The notes below the pieces were generated by a model. It saw only the letters and a list, made by a program, of their open reading frames with translations, searched no databases and was not told where the DNA came from. A DNA stretch of 63,922 nt, counting the filler, from Diploschistes diacapsis (taxonomy: Eukaryota), in NCBI GenBank assembly GCA_023645945.1. It is 10 parts of 10 records of this genome, joined end to end, with 100 filler letters (N's around TTAATTAATTAA, not from the genome) between each part and the next. Parts side by side here need not be neighbours in the genome. Positions count along the whole stretch, not along the records: positions 20,847 to 24,903 come from JALAIB010001788.1; positions 25,004 to 29,056 come from JALAIB010001789.1; positions 29,157 to 55,621 come from JALAIB010000179.1; 7 more parts are not named here. One strand, given 5' to 3'. Shown here piece after piece: positions 24,265 through 37,755 of the stretch. A program made the translations under genes and the position numbers. Position 1 is the stretch's first letter. Every line of letters begins with the position of its first letter.

Positions 24265-25003
24265 GTAGCGTGAGGGGAAAAATAAATATTATAAAACCTT
24301 AAGGACCTATAATTATGATAAGATAGAATAAGATAAAGTCTATTTATTTATTTATATGGCCGTTCGGCTGTTTGCTGGCTGGTTAGTTTGTTAATTTTAT
24401 AATAGACTTGCTTTTCTACTTATTTATTTAATACTTATTTACATATTTGCTTGTTTATTTTTTTATGTGATTGATTTTTTTGTTTTGTGTTTTCTTGCTT
24501 GCTTTATGTTTATGTATTGACCTGCCTGTCTGCCTCTTGCTTGCTTGCTTGCTGCCGCTTGTCTGAGAGGTGTGATCGGAGAAGAAATAAGAGAGAAAGG
24601 AGGGCGGCGGACGTGCTGTCTAATGTAATTGTCTAGAAGAATACCTATGAATAAGATAGATATAACGGAAGTTAAGAATGGTTTTGGATAGTTATCGCTT
24701 TATTATCTAGCTAATAAAGCGGAGTATGATATAAATACGGTAGAAGTTAAAAATATTTTTAAATAATTACCGCTTTTTTGTCCTCGTGATTCGAGAGAAT
24801 AAAATGCAGAAAATTAGATTTAATAACGCTGTTACGTTTAAGAACACTGTCACGTCGAAAAGGAAGTATTAAAGAAGATAAATTTCTAAATATTACCGTT
24901 GCTNNNNNNNNNNNNNNNNNNNNNNNNNNNNNNNNNNNNNNNNNNNNTTAATTAATTAANNNNNNNNNNNNNNNNNNNNNNNNNNNNNNNNNNNNNNNNN
25001 NNN

Positions 25004-25476
25004 GACGTTATATAGACATTATGTGGTCTTATTCTTTGAAATTAGTAGATTTAAAGAATTTTGGTAGGCGACGGCTAGTTTTCGTTTAGTTTAAAATGAC
25101 AGAAAAATTATAAAAAACTTTACATAACCGCTGTATAACGTCAAAAAAACGTTTTTTTAATATTTTTATTGAAGTTTACGAATGAAATCGCTTCTAATGA
25201 TATATTCAAAAAACATATTTTTTATTGCGTTATGACCGAATTTGAAAGATAAAATAATACGTGTTTTCGAGTCGTTATTTTCAATTCGCTTTAAAGAAAT
25301 AACTACTAATATAATCGATATGCACTTTTTAGGTATGATAGATGATTAAGTTAATAGTAATGTTTCGAAAAAAAATCAAAAATAACGATTAAATTCGAAG
25401 AGTTATTAAAGATTTAAAATATTTCTTGGCAAAAGTGGCCGAGCTTTGAGGTGGCCGAGCTGACCGTGAAACACGT
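25004..25476. mobile_element. End of a RIP-mutated Fot1/pogo-type transposon
   Basis: Terminal GTGGCCGAGCT x2 followed by GACCGTGAAACACGT|TA, the same end architecture as 13270-13316; AT-rich interior poor in CA/TG. Confidence 0.65.
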
Positions 25477-25922
25477 TAGTTATGACGGTCCTATGAATAA
25501 CTCGCCAAATAAAAACCATACTTATAATAAAACGTAAACAGGAACGTTTATATAAAATTTTCATAAGAAATTCAAAAAACGAGTGATTTAAAAACACGTT
25601 TAATAATTCAAATATAAAATAAAAACATAATATAATACGTATAATCAGATCGCAGGCAGATCGGTTATAAATTAATTTTTAATATACGGGTATGCTCAGT
25701 ACACAGGTCAACACTTTACTTGGAATATCATTTAAAAGGAGTTTTACAACCAACAATTGTGTATTGAGATAATAGGGTAATTCAGCTTCAGCTGGCACCT
25801 TGAAATAACAGCAAATAAACTACCAGATACTTGAATTATTTTAACGCATCGAGGCTGACTATCTTGTATAATTTCTGCTACAATAATCTGCTAAACTCTT
25901 TTATAACAAAGCAGAATTTACC

Positions 25923-26595
25923 ATGTTTTGGCAGAACGATTTCTTGGGCGCTTTAAGGTGCCGTGACATAACCGAGCTCGCAGCCCACGAGATCTACCAC
26001 GATTGTGAATACTTTCGTATAATCTATTCAGACTTAAAAATGACTGTGGCTTGCAGATTCCAGTGTTGTAAAACAAAGTGTCGCTTCAGAAAACGCGTAT
26101 GAAGACAAACGATGCAACAACGAAAAGGAAGTTTTCACTTCTACCCACGCGCAAAGCCGTCAAATGGCATTGACGTATCATTTAACGGGAAACCTAAACG
26201 AAGCTCAAACAAGACGCACAGAGCTGAACACAGAACTCAAATCAACAAAGACTGAAGTGCAAAGGCTTCAGTCCCAGGCGAAGGCGGATGGAAGGCTCAT
26301 TGGAGACCTCAAATCAGAGAATTCGTTGCTGCGCATAAAACTTCAAGATCGCGTGGAAGAACTAAGAGAGAAGGCTAAATTACTCGAGGTCAGTTAGATT
26401 ATGGCACATCATAAACTTTTCTTAGATGATCCGCAGAATTTACACGACGAGACAGTGGCATTAACTCTCCAGCTAAACGTAATGGAGGAGCAAAACTCCA
26501 GGTTGGCTCGGGACAATAAAGAACTCATTGATCGCTGGATGCTGAAAGTAGGTCAAGAGGCAGAAGTCCTGAACAGAGTGTCGGACTTCATATAG
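25923..26595 (+). CDS. ATG16: Autophagy protein Atg16 (2 introns)
   Basis: MFWQNDFLGALRCRD N-terminus (Atg5-binding helix pattern), coiled coil, and LHDETVALTLQLNVMEE...DNKELIDRWM; introns at 26005-26056 and about 26389-26437. Confidence 0.85.
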
Positions 26596-26742
26596 CACAT
26601 CAGGCTAGAAGTAGGTTATTTAAGGAATCTCACATTTCTCAATCTATCCCAACATGCGACTTGAGCATGACCTTTATAGAGACCTATGCATACGCACGCT
26701 TCTCCAGCTTTGTGTAGTACAACGGTCGGCGTGAAATCAAGG

Positions 26743-28277
26743 TCATTTTTCAAGGAAAGACTGAATCTTTGTAGAGTCTTTTGTTGAGATATAGTAAGAG
26801 CCACCCTCGTTGGTCCAGCTAACGCAATTAGAGAAATACCTCTTCCTATCCACACACAATATGTTATAGGGAGAGTTCAGGTTTCGTGAAGTAATCCTAT
26901 GATCCGAAGGGACGAAGGACTTTAGCGAGACCACACGGCATCCTTCTTTCAAGTCCAGGAACAAGTTAGTAAGGGCCTCATTAAGCTCCGGAGTAAAAAC
27001 TTGATTATTGACCAAAACGGCATCCGCCCTCTTCAATACCTTCTTGATCGCTGGGTTATCGAGAAAGTCACCCTTCTGGAGCCGAATCCTCCCTAGCGAC
27101 AGTCCCCAGAGCCGACATCGGGCCGCGAATTCAGCATGCTGGAGGTTTGCAACCCTACAATATTCTTCCATCATTTCACAGCCCCAGCTATCACAGCCAA
27201 CTTCAAGAGCGGCTTGGAGTACCACGTTGCCAACTCCTGAACCCAAATCTACAAAAATGTCGCGCGACCTTAGGTTGAGATCCTTGTTCAAGATGCAGGA
27301 GATAAATTTGGGTAAAAGTTCCCCATAGACATTGTCTGTTCCCGCTTCGTACTTCCGTAGTACTTTGAGATTTGGTGACACTGTACGGCTGTACGTCTGA
27401 TTCAGTATACGTTCCACGAGATGTGGAGGGATGGTGTGTCGTCCATCGAGAACAGTTGCAATGGTCCCTTCCTGCAACAAGGCTACTAGCGTTGCATTGT
27501 ATTCGTTGATGACCTGTCTGATATCATTCACGGACCTTTTGTTCACTGCCCTTTGTAACCTTTGAGGGAAACCACTGCTCTCGTCCAAAAAACCAACTCG
27601 TTTCACCTCGGGAAGATAGAAGTTAGCGACTTGGTGCATGACCTCCGTAATATCGGAGACTGCCCGGAAGGCATGATAGTCATGAATTGGTTGAATTAAA
27701 CGGTATCTAAACAATGATCAGAACGTTTATACCAGTTTTGCCAACCTCTGGCAGTTTACCTTTCCCGTTGCAGAGCAGAGGGATACTGCAATTCCAATTG
27801 AAAATCATCTGGGAGACTAGCGATAACTGGCTCATATTTTGTCCCTCTATCTAGAGTGGGTATTTCGGCAGCATGCACCAGAGCAACATCCTCGGAATGC
27901 TGTATGGCAAACGCTTGTTTGCAGCGAATCTGGCGATCGGCGTCCCGTTCCTCTTTGGCCTCTAAACGGGGTTTTTTGGGAGAGCATTTGGGGCCGTCAT
28001 CGGATTCACTAACTTCCCTGCCAAACTTGACAGGCTGCGATGTCGAATTTGCGCTTTTTATTTTTATCGCTTTGTGTTGAATGGACGAATTGGAAATAGT
28101 CGAGGGCTTCGAGATCTCGGACTTCAGCTGCTTCTTGACCAGCTTTCGTTCTGTTTGAACAGCTTGCACGGTTTTTAGTTCCCCATTCCAATTATATGGC
28201 GAGGCCGCGTCTCTTGTTCTGATTGTGCGTTTCTGGATATCCAAAGGGCGTTTCTTACTTAACCCATTTGTGAACAT
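26743..28277 (-). CDS. DOT1: Histone H3K79 methyltransferase (1 intron, about 27706-27759)
   Basis: VYGELLPKF, FVDLGSGVGNVVLQAALE, GCEMM, VLVNNQVF, CVSWT; basic N-terminal region. Confidence 0.95.
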
Positions 28278-28826
28278 TCCAAGGAAGATGAAAAGAGTAG
28301 CAAGTTGTCTCAGCCACTGGACATAAGGTATATCTATATATGTACAAGTAAGTGTGAGCCGGTATCGTACGTTACAAAGTTAATAGAATTGTCTTGGCAT
28401 CTTGGCACATTTGTGGTTTCACTACGGAGTTAAGCCCTAAGTCCGAAAAGGCTTGGCAGAATACTTTTTATTTGTAAATCTGTAGCTACACAATTTATGC
28501 AATCGAATCACATATGATAACAACGAAAAGGTAACTTCCTTAAAGAGTTCTAGCCTCGGCCAGATTTTAAAGGTCGATATTCGGAAAAGATAGATCTTCT
28601 TTCGATCGAAACGATTCGATTCGTTTATATTTATTCGATTTATTAAGATTTAGGATATAGATCGCGTAATAAAAATTTCTTCACCGCATTTTCTTACCGT
28701 CCAATTTTTTAAAAAAACCCCACGAACCATTATCAAGATTATCGTTTTCCTTTATTAAGAAACCGAAATTTCTAAAATACACGTTATTCTTTTTCGAGCT
28801 TTTTAAAAGTTTAATATTATCGATTA

Positions 28827-29056
28827 TGTTGAGCAGACAGGCAGAAGGCATGGCTGGGAGTTCAACTGAGTTCCAGTCGGGGGTTTAGTTCTACTGAACT
28901 CCGAGGTTCAGTTCAGCTGAACTTCCTGGGATTCTGACTAAACCGATCGGGAGTAATATTAATAATAAAATTTAACGGATCCCGTAGGGTATAAAAATCT
29001 ACGTAATAAGATATTTTTATAAAATAAGATTTTTAAACTTTAATATATCTATTACG
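28827..29056 (+). mobile_element. Copia-family LTR, cut by the contig end
   Basis: TGTTGAGCAGACAGGCAGAAGGCATGGCT start and homology to 2202-2476 and 16274-16488. Confidence 0.82.
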
Positions 29057-29909
29057 NNNNNNNNNNNNNNNNNNNNNNNNNNNNNNNNNNNNNNNNNNNN
29101 TTAATTAATTAANNNNNNNNNNNNNNNNNNNNNNNNNNNNNNNNNNNNNNNNNNNNGGACGAACGAGGGGGTTGGATGGCTGGTGGGAAGGGAAGAGGGA
29201 AAGAGGAAGGAGGCAAGAGGGCATGGGGCGAAGCGGCGGATGGAGAGGTTCGAGCATCCTTGAGCTTGAATCTTCTGCACAGGTCTCTCTCTACTACTGT
29301 ATGTAAAGGGGGAAGCTATACACTACGTGTTGCAGGTGCGGATGTATAACAAAGCGCACGCCGATGCCGCTGTATAGTAGGTGCACGCATGAAGCAGCAG
29401 AGTACGCTCGCGCATGGTCTCTGCTGTGCCTACTTGCCATGCAGACCACTAGGTTTGCAGGAAGAATGTAGAATGTACAATATACAATGTTTAGCGCACC
29501 AGTTGGAAAGACAACTGAGTCGATAGCCGCCAAGGGCCAACTTTGTTGTACCTTTCTTCTAAATGCACGCAGTATATTTCGGTCATCTCCCCTTCTCTTC
29601 CCTCTGCTCGCGGCAATGTGCGCCCCGGGATCACTCCCTATCGAATCCACATACTCGCTCACAAAACTAGATCATAGTAACAGCAAGCGACGCTGACGCT
29701 TAGAGCATACCCTTCTCGCTTCAGTCCACCTCCAAAACCGAACAGCCCATGCCCCAAAACAAAGAAAACCAAAGGACCCTCGTTTTCCCAGCCACAAGAA
29801 CATCCCAGCCTGACGCCAAAATCCCGCTTCCCTCGCTTCCCTCGCGAACCCAGCAAGAACTTACAAAGGAGAAAACCAGCCATTCGTAAAAAGTGATGAG
29901 TAATCGGTA

Positions 29910-32900
29910 TCAGTATGGCGGCTTTCCTAACACACCGCCGCCACCAGCACCACCGCCAATTCCAGCCACACCCGCCCGGTCGACATTAACCTCGATCGAG
30001 CCCAGCAGCGCCCGCACCATCGTCCGTCTATCCCCAGCGACGGCAGCAGCAGCAGCAGACTTCGAGCTGCTCCTGTTCCCCACGCTACTTCTGTTGCCCA
30101 AGCTGTTTCTACCTATGCTCCAGTCCCGCTCCCGCTCCCTCTGCAAAGCCGGCTGGGGCGGTGGGGCTGTCGCTGTTAGCGTCGCTGCAGCAGAGGTCGC
30201 GCTTGGCAACGGCGTGCTTCCCACCGCACCTCCATCAAACCCTGTCGGACTGCTCACCTTCTCAGTAGCAGCAGGGGCTGCACCAGTAGCCTCCGGCTTG
30301 ATCTTCGCCGCAATAGCCGTCTGAAACTGCGGTGACTGGGGGTGCTTCGCGACGATGCCCTCCGGCAACGGTGGCACCGGTGGCACGCATTCCTCGCCGC
30401 CCGCTACACCCCTCCCCACCACTGACGGGACGAACTCGCCCTTGAGAGCCTTCGCGTTGGCTTCCGGGTCTTCTGCGCTCGTGGAGCTGGAGGACCGGGC
30501 GCGCGACATGCGGCTGGGCGGACGGTTCGCGGTGTCGTGCGATTCCGGGCGTGCACCGGCACCGCTGAGCCGGCCGCTGGCGCCACCGTCTGTTTCGTAC
30601 GAGCGCCGGCCGAGCTGCTGCATATATTGCTCTGCGATCTCTTTACTCGACACGGGGCTCTGTGGGACGGGAAGGGCGTGCTCGGGATCGCCTTCCGAGG
30701 CGGACTCGAAGCCCTCGGCGTCCATGACGCTTTCGCTTCCGGTGGAGATGATGCTGGGACGGGTGATAGTTCGGCCCAGATAGCGGTCTTTGCCGGCGTC
30801 GGAACCGAAATCTTGGTAAGCGGTGCTGCTGTTACGGAGGGGCGAGCCGTTGCGCGGACGCCCGTGCTGGGAATGCAAGGCGTCGGCGAGGGAGCCGCTT
30901 GCTAGGACGCGCTTGAGGTCGTCCACGCGTAGGGTTTCGATGTTCTCGGCGTCGCTTACTGGGGTGTGAGGGCCCGAGCCTTGCGCGCTGGCGCGACGAA
31001 GTTTTGAGGTTTGGATGCCGACGGGAGTGCCGCAGAGCCCTTTTTGCCCTTCTAGGACTGCGGCAGCTGGGGAAGCATCGCGAGCGTGACCGTTTGCTGC
31101 CAGTAGGCCGTTGTTGTTAGAGTGGGTGGTTCCGCTGCGGGAGCCGTGGGGGGATACGGTGCGTGCGGAATCTTTCTCGATGCTTGCGATGCAGGCCTCT
31201 TTCGTCCATCTCGACAGTAACATCTCACGGAAGGCTGGCGGTAGTTCTTCGATAGGGCCACGTAAGCCCATAGGCGATGCGATGGGCGATATCGCACCGC
31301 GAGCTGGAGACTGAGGTGGGCTTGAAGGTGCCGACGATATCGAGTTTGAGTAAGCAATCGATATCTGATTAACCATTGCAGCAACGTTATCGAACCGTTT
31401 CAGCGACCCTTGCCGGACCGTTCGCTCCGGTAACAGTGCGCTCTGTGGAACCGATGAAACAATTAGATGCTCCAAAGCCAAGGAAGGGAACTGCAGGCGT
31501 TCCATCCACAAGCCAGCCCTCTGTCGCCTGCTAACCTCGCTCTGAATCTCATACCCCGGCATAGTCGTTTCAAACTCAAATATCTTACTCAAGCATAGAT
31601 AATACCCATGAACGAGGCTTCCAACATTCACTTTCGCTTTCGGTGTTTTTAGAACAGTGTTGATATCTTCCTGTAGTCGGACAAGCACAGGTAGACCGCT
31701 CTTCAAGGCGTTCACGCCCAGCCTTTCAACGAGCGAAGTCAGAAGAAGATTCATCAATAGAATATCGGAATCATTCTCGGGCGCTTCCAGAACATTGTCG
31801 TAAACAGCCAAGTGCAGTAGCTGCAGGAAGGTCGTCTTGAGGGGCTGCGCCCTACTACCGCGTGAGGCGTTCGAAGCAGCTCGTGCGATACTCGTTCTTT
31901 TCTTCAGCTCCTCCTCCCCCAGCGGCTTGTTCTTTTTGGACCTGGGCTTATCCTCCATAATTCGAAGATCTTTCTTGTTCAGCTCCAAGTGCATCCACGT
32001 GAGCAGAGCATCGACATAAGCTCTTCGAACCCTGCGGTCTTCGTCTCGCAGAAGCCACTGCGTGCCTTCCCATACCCTAACTCCGACTTTGTTCCTTCCC
32101 ACTGCGCCAGCGCCAACCGTTGCTCCACGCTTGTTCGCGATGACGAGAACTTCCTTTACAGCGTTGAGAGCCGTTACCCTGGCAGTTCCGAAAGAGAAGA
32201 ATTCGCTCCTCGTCGGGTCCTCCTTCATGTTGGCAGAATCAGAAATCGCCTGAGCCGCAGCCGCAGGCCTCTCGATCGCCGCAGTGGCAGTGGCTAGCCC
32301 AGATGCTGGTGAAGGCTTCAGTCGAAGAAGGATTGCCGTCAAAATATCAGAAATTTGGTCACCATAGTAAATGTGGGTAGCAAGGTTAGCGATGCAATTT
32401 TGCAAGCAGCTCAGAAGTTCTTGCCTCGCCGCCGAAGGGGTCGAAACCTTTTCTTCGACCATTTCCGGACCAGAGTCGCTTGGAGAATTATAACCAGCAA
32501 TAGCAGTTTCCTTGAACAGATCGATTGCACTGGTTTGTTGGTGATGTGGAAGGACATTCGTGCCCTTTCCTCCCAATTGTAGCAGGATGAGCACGTGTTG
32601 TATGAGGCCCAGCAGGATGTCCATGACGCTTAGTCCAATCATGTTTATAGTAGAGCCGAGTAACCATTGAATCAATCGGCCAAGAACCAATTGGTTACCC
32701 ATATTATCTTCTGTAGTTGGGCTTCTCACCAAAGTCTCCATGACAGTAACAACTATTATGAAGCGGTCCTGTACGGGGCACCATTCGGTGACCATCTCCG
32801 TCAATTTGATGGCCCAATTTCCCTTCAGCGCGGACCTATTCGAAGTGGCCGTCCCAGGCCTTGCAATCAATGACTTCCGCATGAAAAATTTGAGTATCTC

Positions 32901-33852
32901 AGTGAAGGCCAGTCGGATCAGCGTCCGGTTGTTAGCTGTAAATATCTGTTTGAGGCTCTGTAGAGCCAGCATAGCAGCCTCTTCTTCGGCCACACGATCA
33001 GCTTCAGCAGTGGTTTCGGATACGGGAATGTTTGTAGAATCCGGGGCTGGCTCCGTCGTGCGGACAGTATTCACACTCGTTCGCCTTCGGCTTCCAGCCT
33101 CTTTCTCTGACCCTGCTTTTTGGTAGAGAGATACCAGAGTTTCGTCGCTATCGGCATACAGGTTCTCCAATATGACCGGCACAATTATTGAAAGCTGTCG
33201 CCCGCCATCTGCGCCGGTTGCCTCCGATGCACTGATACTCTTGATTGCCTTTAGCCCTGCGGATTTCCAGCGTATGGCGATTGGGGGGCTTAGCGGAGAT
33301 TTGGGTGTTCCCTGAGGCTTACTTGCGAATGCTGCATAGCTCTGTACTATCTGCTCGTACTGCTTGACAAGCGCCTGATCTGCGGTCAAAGTCGCAATGT
33401 CCTGATGTTCGCAGAAAGTCTGGAGAGTCGGCACGGAATCTTCGACCATTCCAATATCCTTGGATTTCATAACCATAGCTAGGATGCGGAGGACGTAAGG
33501 TGCATACAGAGGCAGGTCGCGCGGAGATTTCTCGACCATGGCGCGGATGATCTGCAGAGTGACCTGAACGTTGCTATAGACGATCAGCAAGCAGCTTCAC
33601 CGAATGGGCCCATTATCAAGAAAAGACTCCAACCTACCCAATTTTTCCCCGGGAGACATCACTGCTTGTTTTTTTCTCCAAAAATGCCCCAACTTTTTGT
33701 ATCTTGCTTCGCCTGGTGCTTGCATAGTATAGCAAGTAGCTGAGCTCGCTCGAGTTCGGCTTCACTTCCGCAACGTTCTTCTGGTACCTAGGATAACATT
33801 TCAAGACCAAGACCTGATGCTTCGGCCGCATCGACTGACGGACTGCGTGCAT
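29910..33852 (-). CDS. EFR3: Efr3, plasma-membrane scaffold of the PI4-kinase complex (1 intron)
   Basis: RPKHQVLVLKCYP...KPNSSELSYLLYYASTRRSK, NVQVTLQI, GLSVMDIL, LATHIYYGDQISD; ends KPPY*. Confidence 0.92.
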
Positions 33853-35166
33853 CTGGAACAGGCTAAGCAGAGGTCAAGTTCTGGCCGGTAACTGCTTCGC
33901 TGGTATGTGCAGATGTAAGCCAAGTTGCCCGAACAATCATCTGGGGTGTAAACAAAAGCTCTGATCACAGTCGATTTGATGTTGAAGTGCTTTCTTGGCC
34001 CACGGAACGTGGATTATTACCCTCCTCAATATCAATCGCACGTTAGTCACCCTCTTGCAGCAGCTTAGAAATGGATATCTGCGCAGTCTCATGAGTTTGC
34101 AGGCCAAATAGGAGTGAAAAAAATGAGGAACGCGAAAAAGAACCTAGGAATTGTGGTTGAGGATGACTACGCGGCCGGCGGCACGAGATGGATGCAGAGC
34201 AGATCACCACCATCGTCATCATCGAGGAACTGAACTGTCAGCGGCTTTATTGTATATAACTAAGCTGTCCCCTATGCACGATAAAGTTTTACAAGGCAGC
34301 TTGATCGAACAACCTAGTGATCCTCTCTGCACCATGGCCCCATTGCCGATATATGGTTTGCGGCACCTTGGCATGTCCGTTATCTGCTACGATTCCCCCC
34401 GTATTATTAGGCAGTAAAGCAGTGATCCTACTATATTGTACTACCCACAGTGAGAATAGTTATTGTTAATCAGGGGGTTGTTCGTAATGGAAAATCAGAC
34501 GTCGGGCCTTTTAACTCTCTTCTTCCAAAAAACAAAATAGATGGTATGTCAGGAGCTGTCAACCCACTGTTGAGAAACGAACGCCGTGGCTGACCGCGCA
34601 TCGTCTAGCGTGCTTCGAACGACAACCGACAATCAATCGAGGTAGGTAGATCGCAGAATATTACATTCGTAGGGGAGATCGCGCAACACTGAGACTTACT
34701 ATAAATCCTTCTGGGTTACCCACCTACCAAGTACATGCTCGTACATGCTAAGCCACGTTTTATTTTTCTTATGATACTCTACATGTCTTTTAGACCTGCA
34801 TTCTGCTTCCAAGCCCATCACTATGGCAGGAAGTCGACCTTGCTAGATGCCACAGGTGAATGTTTGATATTGTTATCTTGCCTTAAACAGTAGCTTGTTG
34901 GGTGCCAGCACTCAGGGGTATAAAATATGCAGCAACAGGAACACTGGACTAGCACCACACTCCTCCAAAGGGGAGCGTTGCCCGCCAGCGTGCCTTAATC
35001 CTCCAACCGAAATATCTGACAGTAAGCGAAACAGCAATGCTAGACAATATACTTATTGTCCTGCGCCCCCGAAAACCCATTTCAGTATGCTCATCAGGGC
35101 CCAAACAAAAAGTCGTAAAATGCGCCAAATCCTAGTCGCATTCCACCCGGGTATTATATCGCCCCA

Positions 35167-37273
35167 TCATGCTTGGTTGGACTCCATGCTTCGTATCATT
35201 GCCCGTTCGCGAATGCCCTTCTCTTCGAGATCCAGTTGCTGGATCGCCCTCCGGCAGTCAGAGCGCTCGAAGGCCAAATTTTGGGTTTCCAACTTGTACC
35301 ACCCATCATGTTGCTTGCATCGCTTCCTCTGGCAAACGCCATGCCCGATTTCCTCACCATTATCCGTCGCTCCTTCAACCATTTTCGTGTCTCCATCGGC
35401 GTCTGGGATTTCCGTTGCGGGAGCAGAGAGTATTCGGTTTTGCAAAGCTTCCTGCCCCGCTGGGGACGACCGCCACTCGTCGAATTCCTCTTGCGACCAA
35501 CGGATGCGTTTGTCAAATCCGCAAATATCCTTGGTGTTCTTTTCTTTCTTTTTCAGTTCATCGAGGACGGTCTTGGCCCTTGCTCTAATCATTGTGTGAA
35601 ATTGCTCCCTATCGTCAAAAGATCCGAGTTCGTGAGCTAACTGCATCTTCCTATTGGAGATCTCTTCCAGCCGCTCCGTTTCCTGGTTTGAGAATGCTGG
35701 AGAGGGTTGGTTCTGGTCATTTGCTTCTTTACCTAATGTCGCATCCGACGATGCCGAAATAGCGTCGCCCAAGCGTTTGAATTGCTTGATATCGTCTACG
35801 CTACTTAGCAGGCTCTTGATTTCTCCTGGTAATAGGTAACCTCCTCGAAGGTGGGGGGGCTCCTGTTCATCCTCGTTGCCGATGTGGTCAGTATAATTCT
35901 CTCTCCGTCTCTTCCTTGCCGGTGTGTCTGCTGCTGCTGATTTGCTAGCTCGATTCACAACCGCTCGGTGCATGAACTCGATTCCGTGCTGGTCGCAACA
36001 GTATTTGGATGGATGTGGTCCACCAGCACGAGCAGGATTGCGACAGCCTTCGAGTCGACACATCGGTTTCCATGTGGTTTGAATGGCTTTATTGGCGGTA
36101 CAGTTTGGGCCTGCGAGAAGTCAGAAAGCGCAATTCACAAATGTCCCTATCCTTACAGATAAATTTGTCGATCAGTTCTTCGTCACTCTGGTCCATATTC
36201 ACGCAGCGGCCATGGAACCAATCCTCGCAACCGCCGTCGCAGCCAATCATCCACGTATGATCATCAGGCTTTCGACAGATACAGAACAGCTCGTTTTCCG
36301 AGTCTCCTTCATCATCGTCTTCGCCTTCGTCCTCGACAGCTGGTGGTGAGCTGTGCGCTGGCGTAGCAGAACTCTGTTTTGTATTCCTGGAAGCCAAGGG
36401 TTTGCTTGAATTGGGGGTACCCGAGCGATGCGACAGTGGAGTTACTCCTCTGCTGTCCACTTCCATCTTACGCTTTCTAGCCGTGGGTTTCTTGGCAGGT
36501 TTCGTATTTTCTTTGTTCTTCTCAGACTTTTGCGTTGTTCGGGATTTGGGACCTTTATTAACCGGCGCTTTGGGACTTGGGGCTGTCGCAGGCGATTTGG
36601 CCATCGTTGGCGTTGAGGCTTCCTGCTTGACCGCGCTTGTCGCATTTTCTTTCGACAGCTTTGAATCTTCGCTAGCAAGCTGGTCTTCTATTGATTGCTT
36701 GACACCCTCATTGCGCAACAACGCGTTCTCCGACTTTGACTTCTCTTTTTTCAGCGCAGCTACAGGCGGAGGTTGTGCGATTTTCTCCATGTCCCTTACG
36801 CTTGTTTCTTCGACTTGAGGTGGGTTCACCGGATCTTGCGAGGTCTCCAACTTATCACTATCTCGAAAGCCGCTCGAGGCAAGTTTTTTGTCAAACGAGC
36901 TATCAGTGTCGAGTTGGGTATGCGCATTTGGTGGTTCAGGCTGGTTGTAAAGAGAATAGGAGACTGGTTGCGCAGGAGAGTCATTCGGTTGTTGTAGATA
37001 TGGATGATTATGTGTTGTCTGCGACAAATGGTATGAAGAATGGCGATGCTGGTTCGGATTGGGTAGGAAGGTGGGAGGGTTAGCGGCGTTGGTTAAGCTA
37101 GGCTCAGCAAAGCTCGTTGTCGCGGCAATGGCTAGAGCTTCTAGAGGAGACGTGATCGACTGATTTCGATGATGGGACTTCGATTGCCCGCCGCCATCGC
37201 CGGAAATTTCAACCTTCTGGCTTTGCGCTGTTGATGATGGTAATGGATTGAGAAGGTCGGAGAGGCGCGACAT
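35167..37273 (-). CDS. SPP1: COMPASS/Set1C PHD-finger subunit Spp1 (1 intron, about 36111-36156)
   Basis: PHD finger FCICRKPDDHTWMIGCDGGCEDWFHGRCV...FIC|PNC, then MCRLEGCRNPAR, SKYCCDQHG, ICGFDKR, CQRKRCKQHDGW. Confidence 0.88.
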
Positions 37274-37755
37274 GTTGCGCGGTGGGTTGGGTGAGATGAG
37301 AGGGAGTGGTCCAAACAGAGCTCGCTTGCAGAACAAGTCTCAATCATACATGTGAATGCGTGAGTGCGTGTAAGTATCAAGTATAGAGCCTATGGTAGCA
37401 CCTAATGAATTCGAAGCGGGACGCACAGAAGAACGAGGAAACAGTTGACTGGCAAATGCGAAGCTGGTTTCTACTGGATTGTACCGTAAATTGAGGTGAT
37501 CCGTTTTTCTTAGGGTGATGGTGGGGGGGACAAAGAATTCGCGCCAAGAAAATTGAATAGGAGGATCAAAATACTTGCTGTCTCTTGTTATATATTTTTA
37601 TTCGTACTGGTACAGAAGAAAGAAAGAAGGAGACAGAGAGGGAGAAGAGGCCTTGAGTGCAATGACTATTATCTTTGCTGATATTTATCCACGAGCATCA
37701 CAATGCTAGTCATCAACAACGATGTGGACGAAGCTCGCCATCGTTCCCAGACGCC

